Below are positions 1-8,230 of a stretch of DNA of 22,259 bases, one piece after another. Below the pieces are notes generated by a model, which searched no databases, had not been told where the DNA came from, and worked only from the letters and a program-made list of their open reading frames with translations. The stretch comes from Candidatus Hodarchaeota archaeon. Its GTDB lineage: Archaea > Asgardarchaeota > Heimdallarchaeia > Hodarchaeales > Hodarchaeaceae. Each line of letters begins with the position of its first letter. The stretch's first letter is position 1. The stretch is from contig JAHQWW010000060.1 of assembly GCA_029856365.1 (NCBI GenBank), positions 1-22,259 of the forward strand, in the 5' to 3' direction. The position numbers and the translations under genes are program-made.

Positions 1-1
1 T

Positions 2-892
2 GGAAAACCTCCTTCTTTATTATGCATTGGCTTATACACTGAATACTCTCGTACTCTTCAACTTTCTGGTAAATTTAAAGAAGCAGAGGAAATCATGAAT
101 AAAGCATTAGCTTTAGCCCGAAAATCTCAACATGAATATGCTGATTGGTATAAGGGGTATCTGAATTTATTGTTTAGTGATCTGTATTTTCAGCAAAACA
201 AAATTGAAAACGCCTCTCAAGCGATAGCGGAAGCCAGACAGATCAATGAAGGTATGAAATCTCAACAAAAAGAGCCAATTAATGAATTAAAGATGTTGAA
301 ATACGAGATTCAAGTATTATTAGCATTAAATAAAGTAGAAGAAGCAAGAACGAAGCTATTAGAACAATATAAGGATTGTAAATCTAATTGGGATCAGGCA
401 TCATATTACCATCTACTCGGCCTGATTGAAAAACATGAGTTAAATTTTGGATTAGCGAAGAAAGCTTTCCAATCATCTCTTGAGAAAACAAAAGAAATTG
501 GTGCTGCGGCCCTATCTGACGAATTAATGTACCTTGATCTTCTTGTAGAAATGTCAAGAACTGGAAATCCGAAAGTACTTAAAGAAGCGGAAAAACTTTT
601 ATCAGATTTAGAAACTGAAGTAAATAAGAAAAAATTATCAGCACTCATTCTCGAGTGTAATCTGTTAAAAGCCCACCTTGCTCGATTTCAATCAAATTAC
701 GATAAAGCTTATCAGCTCTATTCCGAAATCATAAGAGATGCTGATACTTATCACCTATACAGGCAAAAAAAGAAAGCTTTAGAAGCAATCAATTTAATTG
801 AGCAGGAAGGACAGCAATTACGTGCTACTAAAGACCTATCTGTTTATCGATATTTGGAAGATGCCCGTAGAATTCTTGAAGAGAATTCATAA
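2..892 (+). CDS. Tetratricopeptide-repeat-like helical protein, 5'-truncated
   Basis: The frame of ORF 95..892 stays open back to base 2 (GKPPSLLCIGLYTEYSRTLQLSGKFKEAEEIM...), so the gene starts before the window. It has repeated TPR-like helices (YLNLLFSDLYFQQNKIENASQAIAEA; YYHLLGLIEKHELNFGLAKKAFQSSLE; LLKAHLARFQSNYDKAYQLYSE). Confidence 0.75.
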   Translation, partial: GKPPSLLCIGLYTEYSRTLQLSGKFKEAEEIMNKALALARKSQHEYADWYKGYLNLLFSDLYFQQNKIENASQAIAEARQINEGMKSQQKEPINELKMLKYEIQVLLALNKVEEARTKLLEQYKDCKSNWDQASYYHLLGLIEKHELNFGLAKKAFQSSLEKTKEIGAAALSDELMYLDLLVEMSRTGNPKVLKEAEKLLSDLETEVNKKKLSALILECNLLKAHLARFQSNYDKAYQLYSEIIRDADTYHLYRQKKKALEAINLIEQEGQQLRATKDLSVYRYLEDARRILEENS

Positions 893-912
893 TATTATTT
901 TTACTTAGATCT

Positions 913-2241
913 TCATTTTTCCGGTTTAAATACTCGCCAAACAAAGAATATTAGACCAATAATGAAGAAAATACAACCACTTGTGATTAGAAAGACTAAT
1001 TCTGGGATTACCTGGTTAAGATTGTGATCAAAAAGCAAGATATTACGGATTGCTGTTGTACTCGAATAAAAGGGGAAAAAATCCCATAATTGTAACGCAC
1101 GAAGACTCCCAGATGCAGTAGGTATTAGATCAGGGATCAAAGGAATTTCTGGCACAGGTAGAAAGGCTCCTGACACAAAACCAATTGGAGCTGATAACAT
1201 GGCGATAACTCCTGTTGCATCACGACCATTTGGTACAAATGCGCTTACAAAGAACCCTAGTCCTAAAATTGGAATAATTGTGATCATTGCTACAATGAAT
1301 GCATTGAACGGATTCCCTTGACCACGGAATCCTAAAACATAAGCTGTAAACATCATTATTGCTAATTGTGCTCCACCTGTCGCAATTTGGGTTAGAGAAA
1401 CGCCTCCCAACAATTCAATTGGGTGCATATTGGAGATTTTTAACCGATCCAAAGTTCTATATTCTCGTTCATCACCTAGAATCCCAGCAATACTGCTTGA
1501 TGATAATACTAATCCAAAGGTCAAGAAACCACTGATGAAATAATCAAACTGGGTTAGTTCGTAACTAATCACGTTTTGGAAGTTTGTATTGAAATTTCCT
1601 GCCTCAAGTTCAACCTCATAGAAAATTGACTGAAATCTTACCATTGTTGTTTCAATCTCGGTTTGAGTTGTCTGAAATGCTAGATAACTCGGATCACCTA
1701 GTAATTCAATAGTAATATTAACATTCTGGATCTCAGGGTCATCAATTAAAGGTAAGCCATTAATAATCCTTTCATAAGAATTAATCCCTGATAAGATTCC
1801 ATATGAAAAGTTATGAGGAATTTTTATAGCAAGAGTAATCGCTCTGGACTGTACAGCTAGCTCTGCCTCTCTTACAGTCCTAAATGTTGTGATATGAATC
1901 GATTTATTAGAAATAACAACAGGTGTTTCACCTTCGAGACAATAGATGTATAATTGTCCAAAGCCAATAAAGAAAGGGTTAAGAGTAGTATTTTCAAACC
2001 AAGGCTCTGAATAATCTGTGAAATCATCTCTTAAATTACCAATAGTAAGATATTCTCCATCATCTTGATTTATAACCCCTATTGAAAGAGTAGAATCCTG
2101 ACCACTTACTATACTTTCCCCACCAAAAATAAATGCAAATACAAGGGTAAATCCTATCGGGAATCCCACAATTAAGACTATACGGGTATTGCTTCTTAAC
2201 GTTTGTTTGATGGTTCGCATAAAAGTACTAAATAAAAGCAT
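913..2241 (-). CDS. ABC-2 type exporter permease
   Basis: One N-terminal TM helix, a large extracytoplasmic domain (IGVINQDDG...IKIPHNFS), then about 5 TM helices with E-R-E-x-RTLDRLKIS and F-V-SGAF-x-P motifs. SD GGTGA lies just upstream. Paralog of 2251..3624. Confidence 0.9.
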   Translation of the reverse strand: MLLFSTFMRTIKQTLRSNTRIVLIVGFPIGFTLVFAFIFGGESIVSGQDSTLSIGVINQDDGEYLTIGNLRDDFTDYSEPWFENTTLNPFFIGFGQLYIYCLEGETPVVISNKSIHITTFRTVREAELAVQSRAITLAIKIPHNFSYGILSGINSYERIINGLPLIDDPEIQNVNITIELLGDPSYLAFQTTQTEIETTMVRFQSIFYEVELEAGNFNTNFQNVISYELTQFDYFISGFLTFGLVLSSSSIAGILGDEREYRTLDRLKISNMHPIELLGGVSLTQIATGGAQLAIMMFTAYVLGFRGQGNPFNAFIVAMITIIPILGLGFFVSAFVPNGRDATGVIAMLSAPIGFVSGAFLPVPEIPLIPDLIPTASGSLRALQLWDFFPFYSSTTAIRNILLFDHNLNQVIPELVFLITSGCIFFIIGLIFFVWRVFKPEK

Positions 2242-2250
2242 ATCATCACC

Positions 2251-3624
2251 TTAGTTCGGTATATCTCCCCTGAATCGTCTTTTTGTGTAGAAAATCATAC
2301 TAAAAAATAATAATACTAGACTCGGAATAATCACAAATAGTACATCCGCCCAAACATCAAGTATCGAAAATTCATATAATAAAATTGACCTTAATGCATT
2401 CACAGCATGTGTAGAAGGCAAAATATCCCACAATACGAAATCCCTGTTCAATCCTGATGCTGTTGGGAAAACTTTTGGTAAAATTGTTATTGTTGGCGCT
2501 TCCATAAATGCTCCCGACATAAATGCTAATGGTGTCATCAAAAATCCTGCAGATTGTCCAGCTGTATCTGATGATTTGAAAACTCCAGCTAAAAGGAATC
2601 CAAGAGCTGTTGTGAACACTATTGTAAGCATTAATACAATCATTGCTTCAATAACGTTACCTGCAGGATTGAAACCCAATGCAACTATTGCAAGAACCAT
2701 AAGAATACTCAATTGAATAAAAGAAATCACGAATGCATAGATTGTAACTCCAGCAATGTATTCATATGGTTTAATCAAAGATAATCGTACTCTAGCAATT
2801 GTTTTCGTTTCAGCAAATTCTGCAACCAAAAAAGCAGCCATCATCCCTGCTTGCATTAATACAGCAAATACTAGAATCCCAGGGAAGATTATATCAAAGA
2901 TACTGTACTCTTCTAACGTGATTGGCGCGAGAGAAAAGCCCAGATTTCCCCCAGCATAATTTAAAGCTTTAATTTGCTCATTAAAAATGGAAAAAATTTT
3001 GTCCAATATGATTTTAGCTATTTGATATCGAGAATATCCTTCGTCTCCAATAATAAGGATTTCACTATTCTCGTTGATAGGGAATGGAGGGCCATTATAA
3101 GACCAATAAGGCAGATAACTCAGATTGTGGATATAAATGCTGTTTTGAAAGAAAAAAGCGTTGTTAAAAGCTGATAATGTTGTATTTGAATAGTTTTCAG
3201 GAAATACTACTAACGCGTCTATTTGGCGCTCTTCTACAGCTTGTTGCCCTATTTCTTGATCATCATACTCTAGAACAGAAAAAATACGTTTTTCTGATTT
3301 TTCTTCATCTGTTTGATAAATAGTTGTGTTTAATATATCAATAAAGTCAGCTGCAAATCCTTTATCAAGAGTTGTCTCATTAAAAGGGAGATTGTTCAAT
3401 AAAATTGGATCACTTCGAAGATAAGCAGCTAGTCCGTCTCCAATCCCTTCATCGTTATTGATGATTCCTATTGTATAAGTCTCTGCTTCATCTAGACCTG
3501 CAGACCCAAAAGCGAAGGCAAACATAAATCCCATAAATGCAGGCATTGCTAAGAGGACTACGAGAGATATCTTCAATCTAAATAATTCCTTAAGAAAACG
3601 TATAGCAATATCAAGTATAAGCAT
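2251..3624 (-). CDS. ABC-2 type exporter permease
   Basis: Same topology as its neighbour (IGIINNDEG, VVFPENYS, FMSGAF). Lies 14 bp from the ATPase and 9 bp from the next permease, consistent with an operon. Confidence 0.9.
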   Translation of the reverse strand: MLILDIAIRFLKELFRLKISLVVLLAMPAFMGFMFAFAFGSAGLDEAETYTIGIINNDEGIGDGLAAYLRSDPILLNNLPFNETTLDKGFAADFIDILNTTIYQTDEEKSEKRIFSVLEYDDQEIGQQAVEERQIDALVVFPENYSNTTLSAFNNAFFFQNSIYIHNLSYLPYWSYNGPPFPINENSEILIIGDEGYSRYQIAKIILDKIFSIFNEQIKALNYAGGNLGFSLAPITLEEYSIFDIIFPGILVFAVLMQAGMMAAFLVAEFAETKTIARVRLSLIKPYEYIAGVTIYAFVISFIQLSILMVLAIVALGFNPAGNVIEAMIVLMLTIVFTTALGFLLAGVFKSSDTAGQSAGFLMTPLAFMSGAFMEAPTITILPKVFPTASGLNRDFVLWDILPSTHAVNALRSILLYEFSILDVWADVLFVIIPSLVLLFFSMIFYTKRRFRGDIPN

Positions 3625-3638
3625 GAAAATCTCTATCC

Positions 3639-4643
3639 TTAATTTCGAAGAGCTCTTCCTGTTAAATTGATGAATACGTCTTCAAGTGTGGTGTTTCTAA
3701 TAGCCATATTATCCACTACTGCCCCATGTTCTTCTATACGATTCAATATTTGCGCTAGATTTGGAATCACATTCAAAGCTCTCATCACCATTCTTCCTTC
3801 TGAGATATAAGCATCTTCAACTGTTAAACCTTTAGAAGTAGTAAATCCTTTTAATAAATCAGCCATTTTCTGTAAGTGTTCTTCTGAATCGTCAGCTAAA
3901 TCGAACTCCAATAAATCTCCTTCCCCAATAGAGGCTTTCAACTTTTTTGGGGTATTTAAAACAAGGATTTCACCATGATCGATAATTGCTACACGATCTG
4001 ATAAGCGGTCTGCTTCCTCCATGAAATGAGTTGTTAAAATGACAGTTTTTCCTTCTTTGGGTAAGTTTTGAATGAACTCCCATACTACTACTCGTGATTG
4101 GGGATCTAACCCTGGAGTTGGTTCATCACATAGAACAAGAACAGGATCGTGAACTAATCCCATTATTACGTTTACTCTCCTTTTTAGTCCCCCTGATAAA
4201 TTTTTAACTAGAGACTTTCGTTTGGAATCTAATCCCATCTTAGTTATGAGATTATTAATTCGATTTGCTGCCGATTCTTTCTGAATTCGATAAGCGTTAG
4301 CCATGAACCATAGGTTTTCTTCTACTGTTAATTCCTCATAGAGGCTGATCTCTTGAGGAATTATTCCTAATAATTTTTTTAGCGTTTTGCTATTTTTCCC
4401 ATCTTTAGGATCCATACCAAAGATCGTGACTTTTCCTTCATCTGGAAGAAGAAGGCCAACTATCATACGTAGACTTGTAGTCTTTCCTGCACCATTTGGG
4501 CCTAAAAATCCGAAGATTTCTCCCTTTTTAACCGTAAGTGATATTCCTTTCACAGCTTCAACCTTCTGTTCTCCCTTCCCAAATGTTTTTGTTAAGTTAG
4601 TTACTTCAATGGCAATATCTGTCAATTCTGATAAAGTTTGCAA
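3639..4643 (-). CDS. ABC exporter ATP-binding subunit (DrrA/NodI-like)
   Basis: Walker A GPNGAGKT, signature LSGGLKRR, Walker B LVLCDEPT, H-loop TTH, C-terminal TLEDVF motif. AGGAG lies upstream of the TTG start. Confidence 0.95.
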   Translation of the reverse strand: MQTLSELTDIAIEVTNLTKTFGKGEQKVEAVKGISLTVKKGEIFGFLGPNGAGKTTSLRMIVGLLLPDEGKVTIFGMDPKDGKNSKTLKKLLGIIPQEISLYEELTVEENLWFMANAYRIQKESAANRINNLITKMGLDSKRKSLVKNLSGGLKRRVNVIMGLVHDPVLVLCDEPTPGLDPQSRVVVWEFIQNLPKEGKTVILTTHFMEEADRLSDRVAIIDHGEILVLNTPKKLKASIGEGDLLEFDLADDSEEHLQKMADLLKGFTTSKGLTVEDAYISEGRMVMRALNVIPNLAQILNRIEEHGAVVDNMAIRNTTLEDVFINLTGRALRN

Positions 4644-5134
4644 ACTAATGAACTCCTTATATCAATATCTTTCAATTATTTTTTTATTTAATATATCTAT
4701 TCATTACTAAAAGCGAATAATTCCATAATTGTCTTTTTCAGGTTCGAAGTGGTGTTCTTCAGGAAGTACTCATCCAAAACTTGTACAAGTGTATTCATCA
4801 ATTGAGAATCAGTTTGCAGGCTGGTATTATCAATGAAAGCTACTTTTAACTGACGCGTTTTGATTAAGGGGATGAGGTGTGTAAAGAAGACCATGAGAAC
4901 GAACAAATCTTCTTGATGAGGAGCTTACCTTGCTAGTTAAAGTCACAAAAAAGGAAAGCAAGTTATATTTAATAAAGACAGGAAGGATAAAACCTTTTAT
5001 CGATTATAGAAGAAGATTTCTTCAATTTTTGGCTAAATTCTATCCACAGGGGTATACCTATAACGAGGTATTTTTCTTGATTTTTCTGAAAGCTCCTTAT
5101 TTCTGTTTTAGCTGCGCTCTCAGCTTTTCTAAAG

Positions 5135-5905
5135 TCAATTAAATCCATAGGAATCGTAATAGTCTAGATTAATAAATTTACAACCACAGGTTTCGACATC
5201 TTCCTTGTATAGGTCAACAAATGTTTCCTTCGCTTCTTCAGTGAAATGAATAGGTATGAAGTAGCTGGGTTCAATCGTTTCTACCGTTCTAACCACATCA
5301 ATTTCTGTCATAGTTTGACATCCTGGACCAAGAGGTAGGAGAACTAGATCTATCTCACCATTCAATTGCTCATACTCATTAATATTCCAAGAATCACCTG
5401 CATGAAAAATTGTAAAACCTTCAAGCTCAATAATGTAACTGGTATAATTATTCGACTGTGGATGACTTGATTGATCAGATCCAGGCATCGTGTACATATA
5501 GAAACAGCTCACATTAAAATTATTGAATACAAAAGCATCTTCAGGCTGTACGGAATCTGCACCATATTGAGTCGCTTCTAGGCTCATAATTGCTGGGAAG
5601 AACAATCTCGTGTTCTTGGTTACAATGAGATCAATAGAAGATGGATCATAATGATCACCATGATCGTGTGTAATGAGAATTAAATCCGCAGGATAATTAG
5701 AATACTTGGATGGTAAATTAAAAGGATCTATGTAAATCCTGGAGTCTTCTGTTTCTATCATTACCCCTGCGTTATATAATAAAGTTACTTTAATTTTATC
5801 GTTGGAGTTGAGAACTACTGCTGTGATAACCACTCCAGAGGTAACTAAAATCAAGCCAATTATAATTATTATCATTATTTTCAGATTATTTTGAAGGAAA
5901 TTCAT
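5135..5905 (-). CDS. MBL-fold metallo-hydrolase with N-terminal membrane anchor/signal
   Basis: IYIDP, THDHGDH (HxHxDH), FHAGD and IPIH motifs. Hydrophobic N-terminus IMIIIIIGLILVTSGVVITAVVL. Confidence 0.9.
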   Translation of the reverse strand: MNFLQNNLKIMIIIIIGLILVTSGVVITAVVLNSNDKIKVTLLYNAGVMIETEDSRIYIDPFNLPSKYSNYPADLILITHDHGDHYDPSSIDLIVTKNTRLFFPAIMSLEATQYGADSVQPEDAFVFNNFNVSCFYMYTMPGSDQSSHPQSNNYTSYIIELEGFTIFHAGDSWNINEYEQLNGEIDLVLLPLGPGCQTMTEIDVVRTVETIEPSYFIPIHFTEEAKETFVDLYKEDVETCGCKFINLDYYDSYGFN

Positions 5906-5921
5906 GCTTTGACGAATTCGC

Positions 5922-6160
5922 TCAATTAATAATAAAGGAACTTAATGGTGCACTATTTTTCTTCTCTAGAGTTTTCACTGCTTCAAAGGTCATCGTTATA
6001 CGTCTTAAGCCACCAGAAAATACACTCAACTCTTGGTCTTTAATATACCTAATGTTTTACCAATTCATATAATTAGTTCTCCCCAGATTTCCACACTTAT
6101 ATTTTTGAGATTTAATTTTATTCTACTTCTTAAATTCCCTACTAGATCAGTAACAGAGAT
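5922..6160 (-). pseudogene. Possible degraded ABC ATPase remnant
   Basis: Two out-of-frame blocks: 6065-6160 ISVTDLVGNLRSRIKLNLKNISVEIWGELII* (like an ABC N-terminus) and 5922-6056 containing KDQELSVFSGGLRR (like an ABC signature). No Walker A and no clear start codon. Confidence 0.3.
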
Positions 6161-6272
6161 AGTTTAATAGGTGATCTATAATCACTATCAAATCTAGGGG
6201 AAAACTAGAACAAAACCAGACTTTAATTTCAAATTTTTTTTTATTCCCATACCCATATAATATTGAGCTTAC

Positions 6273-6286
6273 AAAAAAAAGAAAAA
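6273..6286 (-). terminator. Oligo-T archaeal-type terminator after the 20-aa ORF
   Basis: Minus strand TTTTTCTTTTTTTT begins about 26 nt after the TAA at 6313. Confidence 0.45.
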
Positions 6287-6312
6287 TGTAATTTATTTTA
6301 AATCCTTAGGTG

Positions 6313-6375
6313 TTATTTCCAAAGAACGGGGTTGTAATGCGGTTTCACACCGTGGAATTCGACGGTGTTGATCAT
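6313..6375 (-). CDS. Putative 20-aa small peptide MINTVEFHGVKPHYNPVLWK (absent from the ORF track)
   Basis: ATG 6375 to TAA 6313, with AAGGA 5 nt upstream. 11 of 18 degenerate codons end in C/G (9 in C) in an AT-rich genome. TTTATATT box at 6460-6453 and a downstream oligo-T tract. Confidence 0.5.
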   Translation of the reverse strand: MINTVEFHGVKPHYNPVLWK

Positions 6376-6494
6376 ATCTTTCCTTGATTGTGAGGGGAAA
6401 AGGTACTCTGATATTTCTATATATCATTGTTCATTCAGTTCTTTTTCTTATTAATATAAAGATGTTATAGAATCAATTATATTTATTCAATTTG

Positions 6495-6512
6495 TTATAG
6501 GATAACCTATAA
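6495..6512. promoter_or_regulatory. Palindromic operator candidate TTATAGG-ATAA-CCTATAA (DtxR/SirR-box-like core TAGG-N4-CCTA)
   Basis: Perfect 7-bp inverted repeat with a 4-nt spacer in the divergent promoter region between the small peptide and the fetA-like gene. Confidence 0.45.
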
Positions 6513-6619
6513 AAAATGTGATTTGAAAAAAAATTTATCATTTCTTTATTTTCTTCCATTAGCCCTCTTTATTGAACAAAAATACCACTGCTAAATATGT
6601 CCATAAAGGAAGGATATAG

Positions 6620-7390
6620 TTGATGAATGGTCAATCAATGGATAACCAAAAACAGAAAAATAATGGTGAAGATTGTCCAATTTGCTTTCAGAATGTAAGT
6701 TTTATAATCAATTCAAATCAAATTATAAACAATATCTCCGTCAGGATTGATAGAAAAGGAATTACTGGTATAATTGGACCTTCTGGTTCAGGGAAAAGCA
6801 CTTTTTTACGTCTATTGAACCGATTAATCTCAGCTACAACAGGTAGAATCAGTCTTGATGAAAAATCTTATGACACAATTCCAGTCCGAGAGCTACGGAA
6901 GAGAATTGGGCTAGTTCAACAACGACCCTATCTTTTTGCTAAAACTGTAGAAGACAATTTAACTTATGGTCCTAGAATATGGGGGGTTAGTCTTTCAAAA
7001 AAAGATCTTATTGAACTTTTAGATAAGGTTGCACTTCCTCATGAATTTCTAGACCGTGATGTCGAAAATTTATCTGGGGGAGAACAACAACGTGTTTCAG
7101 TCGCCCGAAGTTTGGCAAATAATCCTGATATTCTGCTTTTAGACGAACCAACAAGTGCTTTAGATATTGTTTCTGAAGAGATATTAGAAAATACAATAAG
7201 AAACTTATCTCAAGAAGGAATAAAGATAATTATTGTCACTCATTCCTTAGAACAGACAAAAAGATTGACTGACCAACTATTATTTTTAAAAGATGGAAAA
7301 TTCATTGAAAAAACATCAACAAAAGAGTTTTTTCATAAGTACAACGAGAAGGAGATAAGGGGATTTTTCAAAAAGAAGGAGAGTAGATGA
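6620..7390 (+). CDS. fetA: ABC transporter ATP-binding protein, FetA/STAR1-like
   Basis: GPSGSGKS, LSGGEQQR, LLLDEPT and VTH motifs. Directly upstream of a FetB/UPF0014-type permease. Symbol assigned from family and context. Confidence 0.85.
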   Translation: MMNGQSMDNQKQKNNGEDCPICFQNVSFIINSNQIINNISVRIDRKGITGIIGPSGSGKSTFLRLLNRLISATTGRISLDEKSYDTIPVRELRKRIGLVQQRPYLFAKTVEDNLTYGPRIWGVSLSKKDLIELLDKVALPHEFLDRDVENLSGGEQQRVSVARSLANNPDILLLDEPTSALDIVSEEILENTIRNLSQEGIKIIIVTHSLEQTKRLTDQLLFLKDGKFIEKTSTKEFFHKYNEKEIRGFFKKKESR

Positions 7391-7393
7391 AAA

Positions 7394-8212
7394 TTGAGTT
7401 TAGCACCTGAAACTGAAATTACGGAAATGTTATTTAGAATATTATTTTCAATTCTTCTTTTGACATTGATAGTGTTATTATCTTATTGGCAAAATATTAA
7501 TTTAGAAAAAGTATTCACTTGGAGCTTTGTTCGTGGCTTTATTCAAATTCTTTTAATGGCCTCTATTTTAATAGTCATATTTGAATTAAGAGATTTATTA
7601 ATACTATATGGAGTTTTATTGTTTATGTGTGTATTTGCAGCTTATACTGCAAAGAATCGATTTCCTTATCCGAATATATTCAAGTTAGAGTTAGTTGCGA
7701 TAACAACAGCTAGTATATTTGTGATGGTGATAGTCACAACCCCTATCCTCACAATTGATTCAACCCCTATATCTATAATTGAGAGAGAGGGAACTTATAT
7801 AATCCCCATGGGAGGAATGGTAATAGCTAACGTTATGGTTATGACTACAATTGTGCTTGAAAGATTAATTGCTGATATTAAGAAGTCAAAAGGAACAATT
7901 GAAGCTGCATTATCATTAGGTGATAGTTCTTGGAATTCAGTTAAACCAATATTAAAAGAATCTTTTCGTGCTGGACTTCTTCCTACAACTAATCGGGTTG
8001 CAGTATTAGGGATCGTCACCATTCCAGGATTAATGAGTGGTATGATTATAGGAGGGGTTAACCCAGTGATTGCTGCTATTTATCAGGTGATTATTTTTTT
8101 AATGATTTTGTCAGCAGGGTTTATTGGAGAAATAATGATTGGCTTTTTATTCATTAAAGAATTATTCACTTCAGAGGATCAACTCAAAATTTCATGGTTC
8201 AATCCAAAATGA
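7394..8212 (+). CDS. fetB: ABC permease, FetB/STAR2 (UPF0014) family, putative iron export/metal resistance
   Basis: Family motifs R-G-F-I-Q-I-L-L, YIIPMGGMVIAN, IEAALSLG, GIVTIPGLMSGMIIGG-x-x-P-x-x-A-x-x-YQ. Multiple TM helices. Confidence 0.88.
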   Translation: MSLAPETEITEMLFRILFSILLLTLIVLLSYWQNINLEKVFTWSFVRGFIQILLMASILIVIFELRDLLILYGVLLFMCVFAAYTAKNRFPYPNIFKLELVAITTASIFVMVIVTTPILTIDSTPISIIEREGTYIIPMGGMVIANVMVMTTIVLERLIADIKKSKGTIEAALSLGDSSWNSVKPILKESFRAGLLPTTNRVAVLGIVTIPGLMSGMIIGGVNPVIAAIYQVIIFLMILSAGFIGEIMIGFLFIKELFTSEDQLKISWFNPK

Positions 8213-8230
8213 TTGATGAGGTACTCAGAG

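Noticed and set aside
4930-5142. 70-aa plus-strand ORF
   Set aside because: TTG start, AT-rich low-complexity composition and no motifs; more likely spacer.
6293-6427. Overlapping 44-aa minus-strand ORF MIYRNIRVPFPLTIKERYDQHRRIPRCETALQPRSLEITPKDLK
   Set aside because: No SD, and the third-position C bias falls in the 20-aa frame. It cannot be fully excluded as a leaderless gene.
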